Shown: piece by piece, positions 38,283 to 51,328 of the stretch
How the letters are laid out: every line of letters begins with the position of its first letter
Numbering within the stretch: the first letter of the stretch is position 1
DNA from: Octopus vulgaris
Taxonomy: Eukaryota
Direction: 5' to 3'
NCBI GenBank assembly: GCA_951406725.2
Contig: OX597815.1
Location: 153,636,001-153,700,000 of the forward strand
Length of the DNA stretch: 64,000 nt
Notes under the pieces: model-generated
Databases searched by the model: none
Told to the model about the DNA's origin: nothing
The model's input: the letters and a program-made list of their open reading frames with translations, nothing else
Made by a program: the position numbers and the translations under genes

Positions 38283-38514
38283 TATTTCTATACTACCCAC
38301 AAGGGGCTAAACACAGAGGGGACAAACAAGGACAGACAAACGGATTAAGTCGATTACATCAACCCCAGTGCGTAACTGGTACTTAATTTATCGACCCCGA
38401 AAGGATGAAAGGCAAAGTCGACCTCGGCGGAATTTGAACCCAGAACGTAACGGCAGACGAAATACGGCTACGCATTTCGCCCGGCGTGCTAACGTTTCTG
38501 CCAGCTCGCCGCCT
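38283..38514 (-). mobile_element. Young full-length tRNA-derived SINE (GGCGGCGAGCTGGCAG family)
   Basis: 16-bp TSD TACAATCATTGATATA (38267-38282 / 38515-38530); CpG-rich; A and B boxes present. Confidence 0.9.
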
Positions 38515-38521
38515 TACAATC

Positions 38522-38990
38522 ATTGATATAACGACCATATAGTTCGGGAGTGGGACCAGTGAATTGTAAGAATATGTTTGTCTTCAACATAGCCAACAAA
38601 CAAGTTCGCATAGGAGGGGCACCATTCTCGTTCCCATGACCACACTCGAAACATATTGGTAAAACTCCCTCGCGAACAAGAGGCAGTTGAAGGAGAGGAC
38701 AAGTTCAACCAGACGAAGTGTGGAGGTGCCAGGGTTAGGGTCAGGCCGAAGATCAAGGAAGTATATAAGCGCAAGTTTTTCGTTGTGTGGAATCATCATA
38801 TACAAACTTTACCGCGGACAACTGGACTCCTTCCTCGCCCTTGTCCAATCTTCCCATCCTGCCCTCGAATTCTCCTGCACTATCTCTAACTATTCCGTTG
38901 AATTTCTCGACATTTGTGTCAGCATACACTACTCCGCTCTCAATACTTCCATCCACTACAAACACACTGACTCACATGCATACATACAGC
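38522..38990. pseudogene. Second Penelope-like RT fragment with internal inversion
   Basis: Minus 38805->38522: YTMIPH...VMGTRM..PSYANLFVGYVE...LYGRYIND. Plus 38810-38990: LDSFLALVQSSHPALEFSCTIS..VEFLDICV...HYKHTDSH. Confidence 0.8.
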
Positions 38991-39174
38991 TGATTCGAAG
39001 ACTATGGATCCATGCCATCACTGGAACTGCAACAATCTGCAAAACTTTCCTGAAGTTTATCATTTAAGTATATATAAGCATGTCTAGACATGCAACTATA
39101 TGCATGAGAATATATACATAAAACAAAACACACAAATCTGCATACCTACATACATACATACATACATACATACA

Positions 39175-39208
<34 letters not shown>

Positions 39209-40357
39209 CATACATACATACATACGTACAAAAATACAAAAATACCCTGTTGATGTTGAAATCCCAATGAAGGAGCCTTGGATCTAAGTTAGAAACCAAC
39301 GGTTACTGAATGAATATCTTTGAAAACTTTGAATCGTATCCACTGCACAATAAATGGAATCTAAAGAAATAAAGCGGACAAGCATTTAAGGTGGCCTTAA
39401 GTCGCACGCAAGAGCATGTCCCAAAGTTCTTATCTCGACGTAAAATTAACGAAACGAATGTCATTTATCTTCCCCTTGATCCCTGATGTCATCTGACAAA
39501 CGCCAACCAAGATGGCAAGAATCAGCCAAGCTTTACAGGCTAGAAATAGCAGCCCAAATGCTTTTAAATCAGCTCCCTATGCTGGACGTTCGAGAGCCAA
39601 ATAAAAAGTAGATTTTCAACCCTGGGGTCATTCTGATTCAAAAAAGTTATAATATGTCTATGTGGAGCAAATGTAGACTGAGATACGGGGGTCCAAGACA
39701 GACAGACTTTTGCTTTTATTAATATAGAAGCAAAGCGTTTTGAGTATGTGATCAAACGCATATCTACCTCATTATATATCAGCCTACTTAACGTTTTCTA
39801 TAGCTACCGACTTATCTATTTACATATCTTTTTTACTTCGTATCCACCGAATTTGTATATCTATTAGATAACGTTATGTTGTACATTTGAACTAAATAAT
39901 GTCAGATAAACAGCACCAAAGTCTACCTGGAGAATAAGAGAGAAAAATTCTTTGTTACAAAGTTACCGGTGATTAGTGTCCCCCGAGGAAAGTTATTGCA
40001 TAACTTTGTGCCAATTTTGATCGAGTAGACCTATAAAATCACGAAGGTAATATTTAAGATTTCATAGATGGATTTTTACTCTGTATTGGTTTTATTTGCA
40101 TTCCATTGTTGGGCGGCAGATATACTGCTGGTTATAGAGAGTGGTGAGCGTACAATTTGCATGGGTTTGCATGAAAGTGCTTTCTGTTCTTAAGAAGGAT
40201 CAGAATATATGTTTTTTTTCATCGTATAACAGGGGGTTAATACGATTTCGTTCAGAAATTACGTTTTCAAAATTTTAATTTCGCAATTTCTTAATTTGTA
40301 ACTTTTTTCAAATTTTTTGTTATCTACGTAGAAAAATACAGAGATTACGAATCAGGG

Positions 40358-40405
<48 letters not shown>

Positions 40406-41506
40406 TAATTTTTTTTAAAGAAACACTCAATGCCACTTCCCCCACCTCGCCCACCCATTACCTACCAGGCTTTCAAAAAGCTAAAATCTCCCAGTCTTTC
40501 ACTTTTGTCTGATTTTCCCGCATGCGTAGAATTCTACTGAAATAGTAGACTAAAAAAATACTAAACCACCACCAGAAAACCTGAGATGCTAGAAACAACA
40601 GGTAAACGACATTATTTCTGTAGAAACGTCACTGCTTTCCAAACATCTAAAAGTGAAACATTTGGAGTGTGTAGCTTTTTGAAAGTGATGAGGTGATAGG
40701 TAAAATTCTTAAAGATACGCACTCTCTGTTTTTTCTCTATGGATTACCAAAAATAAAAATTTGAAAAAAGTAAAAAATTAATTTGGTGTGGAGAGGGAGA
40801 AAAATCAAAACATTGAGAACGTGTTTTGTGGGTGAAATCGTAATCTCCTGTATCGCAAACATAGGAATCGAAAGAAATTTAAGAAAAACATGGGGTGGGG
40901 GGATGTCATATCGAACATGCTAGAAAGAAGGGGTAAAAGACAGGATTTCTGGGAAAACTTCCTTTCAAGTTTATATCGAAGATCAGGCTTTTAAATACGT
41001 CCATCACTAACACAAATTAAACAATAGAAAAAAATCATTTCAATTGGGTTTGAGCTGTAAGTTTTTGCACACTGTAAGAATTAACATAGTTCGCACAGAA
41101 GATTTACCTAGAGTGTGTGTATGCATGTGTATGTGTCAAAGGAAGTTATTTTATGGCATTCTTTCATTTGAAGAAGCAAAGTTGTCAGCTCGTCATATAT
41201 GGGATCATATGATTGCTTGTTAATTTCCGTAAAATTGTTTTAATTTCTATATGCTTTGAAGAGAGGATAAAGTGAAAAGGTGACATTTGCTTTGAAGTGT
41301 GAAGAGAAAGTAAAAGAGAGGAGAAAGTGTAAGATGTACGTGTATATGAAATGGACGTGTGAGTGTGAGAAAGAGAGTAAGAGAGAAAGAAAGAATGAGT
41401 GAAAGTGTGTGTTGGGATGTATGAAATTTTTTGCATGTATGTGCAAGTGGCACTCACTCGCTTTTGCTCTCTCACATAATATCTTTCATATACACGTACA
41501 TAAATA

Positions 41507-41591
41507 GGTGGAGGTAAAGAATACGCACGCCACTCGTTTTCGGTGTAACCCTAACCCTAAACACCGAGAGTACGTATTCTTGACCTTCACC
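41507..41591. mobile_element. MULE-type MITE with CCCTAA repeats (same family as 28826-28916)
   Basis: GGTGGAGGTAAAGAATACG...CGTATTCTTGACCTTCACC, flanked by cataaata / cataaatg. Confidence 0.7.
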
Positions 41592-42231
41592 CATAAATGC
41601 ATATGCATACATCCTTTTTGAGCGTGCGTGTGTGTGTGTGAGAGAGAGAGAGAGAGGGAGGGAGAGAAAGAGAGAGGGAGAGAGAGAGAGAGAGGCTGTG
41701 TTTCTTCATAACAGAAAAATGGATGTCAGCAAAATGGATGTCTTTTAGTGCAATTTTTTTAGTTGTAGCTTATTTTAATACACTATTTATGTGTACATGT
41801 TCATAAATGTTTGTCTCAGTAGAATTATACGCATGTGTGAAACAATGGACGAAAGTGATACATTAGAAGCAAATCAAAATATTGTCCGAAAATTACCTCA
41901 AAATTGTGCGATCCAACCTAGTTGCCGAGGTTATTTCAGTTGTAAAAAATAGTTGTTCAGTCAAAAACAGTTTATTTGGTAGATAGATAATAAGCAGCTT
42001 TCTTTATTATAATACACATGTAACTAATTCGAAGAAACATTACTTTCATTATTCATACATTGTCACTCTCGTAAATTCAGAGTGTGAAACTATTTTCATT
42101 TTGTAATGAAACCTGGTCATTGTAGAGAAGTGTATTTGAAAAACTATAGCTGGTTATTGAGATAATGTAGAAAATATGTAAATGAAAATAAAGTTTATTT
42201 GACATGTGTAATTGATTTGATTGTTCTGGAA

Positions 42232-42446
42232 GGCGGCGAGCTGGTAGTATCGTTAGCATGCCGGGAAAATGCTTGAGCGGTATTTCACCTGTCTTTAAGT
42301 TCTGAGTTCAAATGCCGCCGGAGTCAACTTTGCTTTCATCCTTTCGGGGTCGATAAATTAAGTACCAGTGAGACACTGGGGGCGATGTAATCGGTTGGTC
42401 CCCTCCCCCTAAATTTCAGGGTTTGTGCCTATAGTAGAAATGATTC
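42232..42446 (+). mobile_element. SINE (GGCGGCGAGCTGG family, short-tail variant) inserted in a Helitron fragment
   Basis: 11-bp TSD GATTGTTCTGG (42219-42229 / 42447-42457). Confidence 0.85.
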
Positions 42447-42457
42447 GATTGTTCTGG

Positions 42458-42736
42458 TCTTAACATCAGTTGGTTAGAATAGAAGTCATTTGACGACACC
42501 CTTTTGTTTGTAATTGGTTATCCTGTTGCTGGTTCAATCCGAGGAATATTGAAATAACACCCATCTTGACCATTCCACAGAATAAGATTATACTGGAGAT
42601 CATCATAAGAAGGAGCATTCTGTAAAACACGTTTAAGTTTGTTATCTTGAATACGAATGAGAATATCATTATTTTCAATGGAATAACCAACCATGAGGAT
42701 GGGTTCTTCATTAGACGTGGGCTCATTAAAACAGCG
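42458..42736 (-). pseudogene. Helitron Rep/helicase fragment
   Basis: A frame not in the ORF track reads RCFNEPTSNEEPILMVG...DILIR..DNKLKRV....SYDDLQYNLILWNGQDGCYFNI...KRVSSNDFYSNQLMLR. This resembles the Helitron RFNAPT..EVA / SYDALQYP..FWxGEDGYHFNI / VS..FY.YRLM region. Confidence 0.75.
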
Positions 42737-43200
42737 TAAAATGTTCTTTACTATAGTTTACTATAGACGCAACGAACACAGAAACACACACACACATAGA
42801 ATTGATAATATTGAAATCAGCAAAACGTACACTCTCGAAGTTCAAGCGAAACGAAATGTCGTCAATATAGGTGAAAAACATAGTTTCTGTAGCATAATTA
42901 TGCTATAAAAAAATGGAAAGTCACCAATTTAGCAAAAGTTACTATGCGTCACCAATGTAAGAAAGTACAGAAAGTCAACATTTATTTGGAACATGTACTA
43001 AATGTTATAAAATTCACGATTGAATGAATGTCACGGTGAAGAAAGTGAAAGTCCAAGAAAATTCAAAAGGCATAATTCAGTTTTTCATGCAAAAATAATT
43101 TAATTTACAATTTTGAAACGAACGCTGAACCAAGTGTATAAAAAGGAAGATGTTGTTTTTTAACTGTGTAGCATTATAGGCTGTAAACTAAATACTGACT

Positions 43201-44065
43201 AACGCAGTAAACAAATCATTCCCGTATATCCTGTTTCATTTGTGCAGTTGAAGTGTGAAATTTGACCCTCAGTCAGAAACAGCCACAGTATATACACACA
43301 GTCGATACACACAGTGATGAAGAATACAAGGACTGTTACAAAAACATTATCTTGAAACTGGTTAGAAGGAGTGGAATAACATTTCTGTAATTATATTGAA
43401 AGAGCCGCTGAGGCTTTCTGCTTCGCCAAGTTTCCTTATTTTTTATAATAACCAAAATAACATTTTTTTCAGATATATTTGCAAGTATTGTGAGTGGTGT
43501 TAAATCAGCCAAATCTTCATGCTGGTAGTACTTGAAAGTGAACGTTGTTTGTTTGTTTGAAGTCCAGGCCGCAAGTAAACTTTCAATATCAGCGTGTTTC
43601 ACTGTTAGTGTGTATGTGTGTGCGTGTGTGGGGGGAGTTACATATATAAACTAAGAGACACAGGTACATTAACGCACACCTGAAGCCTATTTCTGTCTCT
43701 GTGTGTGTCTGTCTCTGTCTTTAGATGTGTGTGTGTCAGTCGTCACAAAAATGTATGACAAACACATACACCGTCACACACATATACTTGTCAGTCAAAG
43801 GCCTAACGTACGTAACGAATGCGCGAACACATATAGAAAATGTGACGTCATCGTCGTTGTGGTGGTGGTGGTAAAAGACGTCACTTACGATAGATGACTG
43901 AAAGAAAAATGATAGTCTTAAATTTTTGTAATGCAAATAAGTGAATGGAAATATAGTTTCGTTGGTAGCCAAAAACTTACTGAATCTTTTGACACCCTAT
44001 ACGTCAAAAACGGCAGCTCGGTTTTGGAATGCATAAGGAACATACACACACATACATACAAACTC

Positions 44066-44113
<48 letters not shown>

Positions 44114-44233
44114 TAACAACTACAGACCTTTTGTTCCATATACTGTGGCTACTTCTGACTGAGGGTCAAATTTCACACTTCAACTGCATTAATGAAACAG
44201 GATATACGGGAATGATTTGTTTCTTCTGCGTTT
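43201..44233. repeat. ~93-bp inverted repeats enclosing ~850 bp (unclassified element)
   Basis: 43201-43293 is nearly the exact reverse complement of 44138-44233. Confidence 0.75.
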
Positions 44234-44690
44234 TTCAATCCTGATCTCTTGAATCCTGGAGGAATGAAACATAATTAAAGCAGAAATTAATGAGATATTT
44301 TTCTGCTATTAAAAGGGGAACCTATGGCCAAATCTGACTAAAATCATATGTTACAATCTTAACATAAAAAAAGAAACAGCACAACAGATAACGTAGTCTT
44401 TGATACACTACCTGAAAGTATGAGAGGGTAGTTTTGTATGGAATGCTTCACATAACAGGTTAGAGGTGACTTGGGGCGAAATAATAATGGTATCTGATTC
44501 AAAAACAAGTTCAGTACGAGTGCGAAAAAAAAGTAGCAATAAGAGTTGTAAAGAAACCTCTAGATGGCTGTGTGACTTGCTAGAAATGGCAACAAAGTTT
44601 CTATCCAATCACACACTACCGTGTTTAAAATCTCATATTACCAAGGTCGATATAGTCAGACTTAGAAAAGAAAAACTTTAACTGAAAGAA

Positions 44691-44784
<94 letters not shown>

Positions 44785-45431
44785 AAAACGAGAAGATAAT
44801 AATGACTGGAACATAATGGTCTGCTGAATCAAAACGGATCTGGGGATAACAACAATAAAGAACAACTTGCTTCTGAATAAAAATAAAGATATATGAATTG
44901 TATATTCGATAAGCAAAAAAAAAAAAAAATAAATAAATAACGAAAAGAGAAACGTATTAAAGCAGTTAAAATATGCAGTAATTTGACTTTTAGCTAGTAT
45001 GCTTACATGAATACGACATTTGTAATGCTTTCTTTATAGCTGACTGACGAACACGTTAAAACTTGAAAAGCATGCATCAGCTGCTCACCAAACGGTTCCT
45101 TATAACACGTAGGCGCAGTCATTTCAGTACACATGCACTCATACGTACATGCATTCACTCTAAATTTTCTCTCATTTCTTTTTTCCATATACACACATAC
45201 ACATAAAGTCTAATTTTATTCTATAACACTTACTATAAAACTTTTTTCCTTCCTTGAGCGTCAACCTAATAATATTTACTATGAACATGCCTTCGACTTT
45301 TGTTTTTTTGTTGTTATTTGTATGTATGTATGCATGTACGCATGTATGTATGTATGTATGTATGTATGTATGTATGTATGTATGTATGTATGTATGTACC
45401 TACCTACCTACCTACCTACCTACCTACCTAC

Positions 45432-45494
<63 letters not shown>

Positions 45495-48400
45495 CGGACG
45501 TGCTGTCACTTCGGCTCCGAAGGTAATCGTTTATTTTGACTATTTATAGCCCATATTTTGTGTACATTTTCGTAAATAAGGTGTGTAAGGCAGCCAACTT
45601 TCATTTGAGTGCTTTTCCAAGGGAGGAATTCGCCCTTAGGGGCAGTTTCAACCCTATTTAATTTGCGTATTTTTCTTCTCGACATTAAAAAATGTCGAGA
45701 AATGTTATTATAGAACGCTGGTCGAATTCCTTTATGGACCAGCATTTTCCTAGCGTTGAAACGCTAGGAGAAAAAAAGAACTTATGCACGCACACACATT
45801 CAACAAAGACAAACCTGAGTGACGTGGTGGTGAACGCTGCAACCACTTGCGGTAACAGCCCTGTTACCACCACCACCACTAACAACAACAACAACGAGAC
45901 TACTACTGCTACCACCACCGCCTCCACCACCACCACCACCACCACCACCACCACCACCACCACCACCACCACCACCACCGCCACCTCATCCACTACCTCA
46001 ACTACCAACAACAACAACAATAACAATGACAACAAGAATAACAACAATTGCGCCACCATTTCGATATCTGCTGCCACGGCTGCCTCTTCTGCCACTGACA
46101 CCACCGCCAACACCAACAACAAAAACAACAATAACACCAACAACAATTCCGTTCAGACCTTGTTTCCTCCAACACCAAGAACTGAAGGAGATAAACAAAA
46201 GACTGTGACCACCAAACAAATTGACGAAAGCTGCTCAAACCCAGGAACAAATTATGCAAGTAATTTTCCACCCCTTCCTACTTGCACAATCAAACATCAG
46301 ACACCAAATACACCAATTTTACCAACTGCAGCCAACAACATCACCACCAGCAACAACAATAACAAAACAACAACAAATTCGCCGAGGCGATAAAAGAAAA
46401 AAGACAACAGTATCTTTTACTGCACAACAGATAAAAGATACCAAAGTTTTAATAACGACAGTAGATGGCATGGTAAAAATAAACATACCACAAGAAATAT
46501 TAGAAAATGAAAAAAAAAAGAACTATTATATATAAAATAATTAATAAGAAACAAAAAGTCCAGAGAAGGCTAACACAAGCAAAATCGAAAAATGCTTGAA
46601 ACCCATCTGAAACTTCAAAGAGTATGTGACCTGGTGGAACAAGTTCGCGCATATACAGGTGGTTTTCCACACTGAAGAGTTAGCATAACGTTTCTCAACG
46701 CTAACTTTTCATTCAGATGAACTCACATTAATACAAAGCTATCGTGGACAGAAAGTGACTAAGATCACTTTAAACAATGTTCCAAAAATAGCGAACAATC
46801 TATGGCTAGCAACGGCCATATGCGTGAAAATGGAAGATTTCACAATTTTATAAACTACGGTCACGGAACACAAAAACTGGGTGGGAAAAAGAGTAGAATT
46901 TCTACTACACATCAACCAAGATGATATCAAGAAAATTCCCACCCAGATATGTGTATCAGAAGACCACAAGTTGTATGTGGTCGTCGATGGCAGAAGACCA
47001 CGTTGCTACATATGCGGCAGTGAGTAACATCTAAAAAAAGATTGCAAATCTGCCGCAAGAAAACAACAGCAGCCGGAAAAAACAAAAAATCCAGCTTTAC
47101 TACCCACACCACAGTTTGCACGAACAGGACTAATCACAGAAAATCAACAAAAAACAAACCTACCCAACCAAACAACACCACCAACTGCACCAAGAACAGA
47201 AACAACACCAACAACAACCAAGAATAAACCAACTCCCAATCCAAAAACATCTACCAAAAAGACAAGCATCGAAAATGAAGAAACAATTACCACTCCAAAT
47301 CCCCACAAAACTGACACCCCAAACAACACAACAATACCTACAATCACTCAAACACAAAATACCCACAGCCCACCTCCAAAATCCCATACACCACAACCTA
47401 ACGCTCACCAACCAACACCAACAACAAAATCAAAACAGTCTAAAATAGACCCCAATATTTTTCCCCTCCCACTCTCTGATTCCTCTGACTTGTCATTAGA
47501 CGAAGAAGACACAGAAGATTGGCAAATAGCCACAGGGGGGAGGAGAAAAAGGGGAAAAAATAGAAAAGATAACAAACAAAGCAGGAAGATTCACCACTCC
47601 CGAAACAAAAACATCCACAGAAAACGAACACATCAACACAAACACACCATCATCAACCCCCCCCCCAACAATGTTGACAACCATAAACACAAACAACCAC
47701 GACCTAATGGAATACATTAGGTCAAATACCAACATAACTGAAAACGACATAAAAACAAATAACCACCCACGCACAACACCACCACAACACATTAAAATAA
47801 TACACGTAACACAGAACACACACAGCACCCTGAAATCTCTCTACCCTGATGCAGTAGGAAGATTTCAAAAATATTCATCAAAGAAACTGTATAAAAACCT
47901 CATGGGAGAAGTCTGTGAGGTGAAAAACAAAGGACTTTCGGACAACAAGTAACCTTTTCTCTCTCTCTTTCCTTTTTTGCACTTTCTTTTCGTGTGTAAA
48001 ACACAATTTTTTATAGGAACATGCTCAGAATAGGCAGTATAAATGTACGTGGCTTGGGGTCGCCTTGGAAACAAGGCTACCTGTTAAATGATATCAAGTC
48101 ACTAAATCTGCATATCATAGCCATCAGTGAGACCAGACTCCACAGCTCGCGGGCACTCCAGCACATGTTCGGTACACATTTCAACATTTATTTTTCTCCG
48201 TGTCTACCGAGAATGGGCGGAGGTGTCACCGCGGTGCTTCTCCGGAAGAGTCTGGATCTCAAAGTAAGAGCAATTTTCCTAGACCCGGAGGGTAGGCTGG
48301 TCGTTTTGGATGTCGAGTGACGAAACCATTTTGAGCATGACCCTGTAAATCGTAAAAAAAGAAAGAGAGAGAGAGAGCATTTTGCTCTCATGTGGTTATT

Positions 48401-48650
48401 TCCTCCCTGACTAAGGTTCCCGTGGTCTTTTCTGTAGGCTTTTCTTCCCACGGATGAACCCAATCTTGTTTTATCAATGTATTTATCAATGTTTCTGTGA
48501 TACACGATTTCTTTCTTTTTTTTCCTCCTCTCGATCCCTTTTGATCGCAATCTTACATTTATTTTCTTTTTTTCCACCCTCGAAAAGAAAAGCTCTACAT
48601 TTGTATTTGTCCCCTCTGTATTCAGCCCTGTGTGGCTAATAAAAGAAAGT
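45495..48650 (+). mobile_element. Tx1/L1-like LINE: 5' UTR, decayed low-complexity ORF1, APE endonuclease start of ORF2 (48021-48320), internal deletion, 3' UTR
   Basis: MLRIGSINVRGL...IIAISET...GGGVTAVLL...DPEGRLVVLDV is an L1/Tx1-type APE. Thr/Asn/Pro-rich ORF1 from 45692. Flanked by (TATC)n on both sides. Confidence 0.82.
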
Positions 48651-48719
48651 TATCTATCTATCTATCTATCTATCTTCCTACATACCTACCTACCTACCTA
48701 CCTATCTATTTATCTATCC

Positions 48720-48752
<33 letters not shown>

Positions 48753-49302
48753 AGAATGTATCTGGTGGACGCGTCTGAAAGGATTGGAGACAAACACTTT
48801 CCTCTCTGGTCAATCTCTCATCAACTTCTTCAAGTACCACTTGAAAAGGAAAGTGAGAGTAGAGAGGCAAGTTTTGTCTAGCGAATGTTTAAAAAAAAGA
48901 TGGGTGAATGTAGCAAGAATGGCACGTATGAATGACGAAGCCACATTGAGCATGATCCTATGAACTCAGAAATTGAAAACAGAGAGTTGCTTATTCGCAA
49001 AAAAAAAGAAGAAATATAACAGGTGACTCCATTGACCGAGGTTACCGTGGTCTTTTCCGTAGGCTTTTCTTTCCACGGGTAAACCTCACCTGTCCTCCCC
49101 TTTACACTTCATATTGACATTTCTGTGATAACGATCCCTATTGATCAATTTTTTTTCCTCTCCCCCTTTTTTGTCCTCTTTCTCTCCTTTTACGATCCCT
49201 TATGATCGAAACTCCCCCTTCCTTTTTAAACCTTCAAAAGAAAAGCTCTACCTTGTAATTTGTTCTATCTGTGTGCAGCCCTGTGTGGCTAATAAAGAAA
49301 CA
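48753..49302 (+). mobile_element. 5'-truncated copy of the Tx1-like LINE (ORF2 end plus 3' UTR)
   Basis: Near-identical to 49632-50223; bounded by (TATC)n. Confidence 0.85.
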
Positions 49303-49480
49303 TATCTATCTATCTTCCTACCTACCTATCTATTTATCCATCCATCTTCCTACCTACCTATCTATTTATCCATCCATCTTCCTACCTACCTATCTATTTA
49401 TCCATCCATCCATCCATCTTCCTACCTACCTATCTATTTATCCATCCATCCATCTATCTATCTATCTATCTATCTATCTA

Positions 49481-50223
49481 CAATTTCCGACCTGTGGGCT
49501 TATGTCGAACAACTGCTGTCACGTGTGGGACGAGTCGGTTTATCAGCTGAGTCTATCGTCAATATTGTCACGCCTCCTTCCTTCAAACGGGAAGGAAGAG
49601 CTATTTTCATCATCCTTGTGGCTATGGCGAAAGAATGTATCTGGTGGACGCGTCTGAAAGGATTGGAGACAAACACTTTCCTCTCTGGTCAATCTCTCAT
49701 CAACTTCTTCAAGTACTACTTGAAAAGGAAAGTGAGAGTAGAGAGGCAAGTTTTGTCTAGCGAATGTTTTAAAAAAAGATGGGTGAATGTAGCAAGAATG
49801 GCACGTATGAATGACGAAGCCACCTTGAGCATAGTCCTATGAACCCAGAAATAGAAAACAGAGAGTTGCTTATTTGCAAAAAAAAAAAAAAAAAAGAAAT
49901 ATAAAATGTGACATCATTGACCGAGGTTACCGTGGTCTTTTCCGTAGGCTTTTCTTTGCACGGGTAAACCTCACCTGTCCTCCCCTTTACACTTCATATT
50001 GACATTTCTGTGATAACGATCCCTATTGATCAATTTTTTTCCTCCCCCCCCTTTTTTTAAATCCCCCTTTTTTTTGTCCTCTTTCTCTCCTTTTACGATC
50101 CCTTTTGATTGAAACTCCCCCTTCCTTTTTTTTTTTTTTTTCTTTCTTAAACCTTCAAAAGAAAAGCTCTACCTTGTAATTTGTTCTATCTGTGTGCAGC
50201 CCTGTGTGGCTAATAAAGAAACA
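49481..50223 (+). mobile_element. 5'-truncated copy of the Tx1-like LINE (ORF2 C-terminus plus 3' UTR)
   Basis: LWAYVEQLLSRV...VAMAKECIWWTR...FKKRWV stop, then a pyrimidine-rich UTR ending cagccctgtgtggctaataaagaaaca; bounded by (TATC)n. Confidence 0.85.
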
Positions 50224-50249
50224 TATCTATCTATCTATCTATCTATCTG

Positions 50250-50281
<32 letters not shown>

Positions 50282-51206
50282 ATATTTCGAGTGTTGTTGG
50301 TAGTGATTCTCTCTTTACAAATTCCTAATCATTCATTTCCGCCAAAGAACTGTACATTAGAATCAACTACGAACTGTAATATCCGCTGTAAATGTACAAT
50401 AAAATATTTTTACTATAATTTTTTTTGTTATCAATTACATATTGTTTGATGTCGAGTTTCTCCCTCTCTCTCTCTCTCGCTTTATTATATCAATACATCG
50501 TTCCTTTGTATTTTATTTATTTTTTGCTAAATTTCTCATTTACTCTCATTGATAAAGGATTTCTTACTCTTGTTAATAAAAGATTTCTTGCAGATACAAA
50601 ACATCAAATGTTGACAGATGATGTATAATCTAGTTAATCGACTGATAATTTGTACCAGTCGATTAAATCGAATATGTACCATTTTTTCAATCTCGGATAT
50701 TTGCGAACAAAAGACTTCATTTCTTGGGCGAGTAAAGTATTATTGACTCTCATGAAACAGGGTACTTTTCATTATCAGTTTTGTCAAGGTCAGTGGTCGA
50801 CAGAAACTGTAGAGGGACGCCTTAAATTTAGATACTGCTCTTTACATTCAGGAATCAAATCAACTTGTGTTGATTTTATCTTTTATTCTTCCCAATGATG
50901 ATAAAAGTAGTGTACTAGTCAATTGCTGATGTTGGACACAATTTTCCGAAATCGTTACAAATCATTATTCATTTAAATAACAAAATTACTACATATCAAA
51001 GAGTAAAGAGCAAAAGTAATGATTATATACAAGGTTATAACAGGTACAACATGCTCCTATTTAGACAACGTCATTTTGATGGAGAGGGAAGGCTAATGTG
51101 CGGCACGAACATTTGATCACCATAAACAAATCATTTGTACAAGTCGTTCAGCAAAACCTGAACGAGCGTACGTCGTCTTCGGCGAGAGTCCATTATATAT
51201 ATATTG

Positions 51207-51328
51207 TAAATAGGGTAATAAAATAAATTATTATTACCAGTGACCTAGTACAAAAGACGAATTAGTTCTAATTCGTCTTTTGTGCTTGGTCACTGGTAAT
51301 AATAATTTATTTTATTACCTTATTTACT
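51207..51328. repeat. ~60-bp-arm near-perfect palindrome
   Basis: gtaaatagggtaataaaataaattattattaccagtgacc..gacgaattag tt ctaattcgtc..ggtcactggtaataataatttattttattaccttatttac. Confidence 0.85.

Noticed and set aside
45692-46393. 233-aa Thr/Asn-rich ORF as a host mucin-like or low-complexity gene
   Set aside because: It occupies the ORF1 position of the LINE, upstream of the APE domain, and its continuation is broken by stops and frameshifts.
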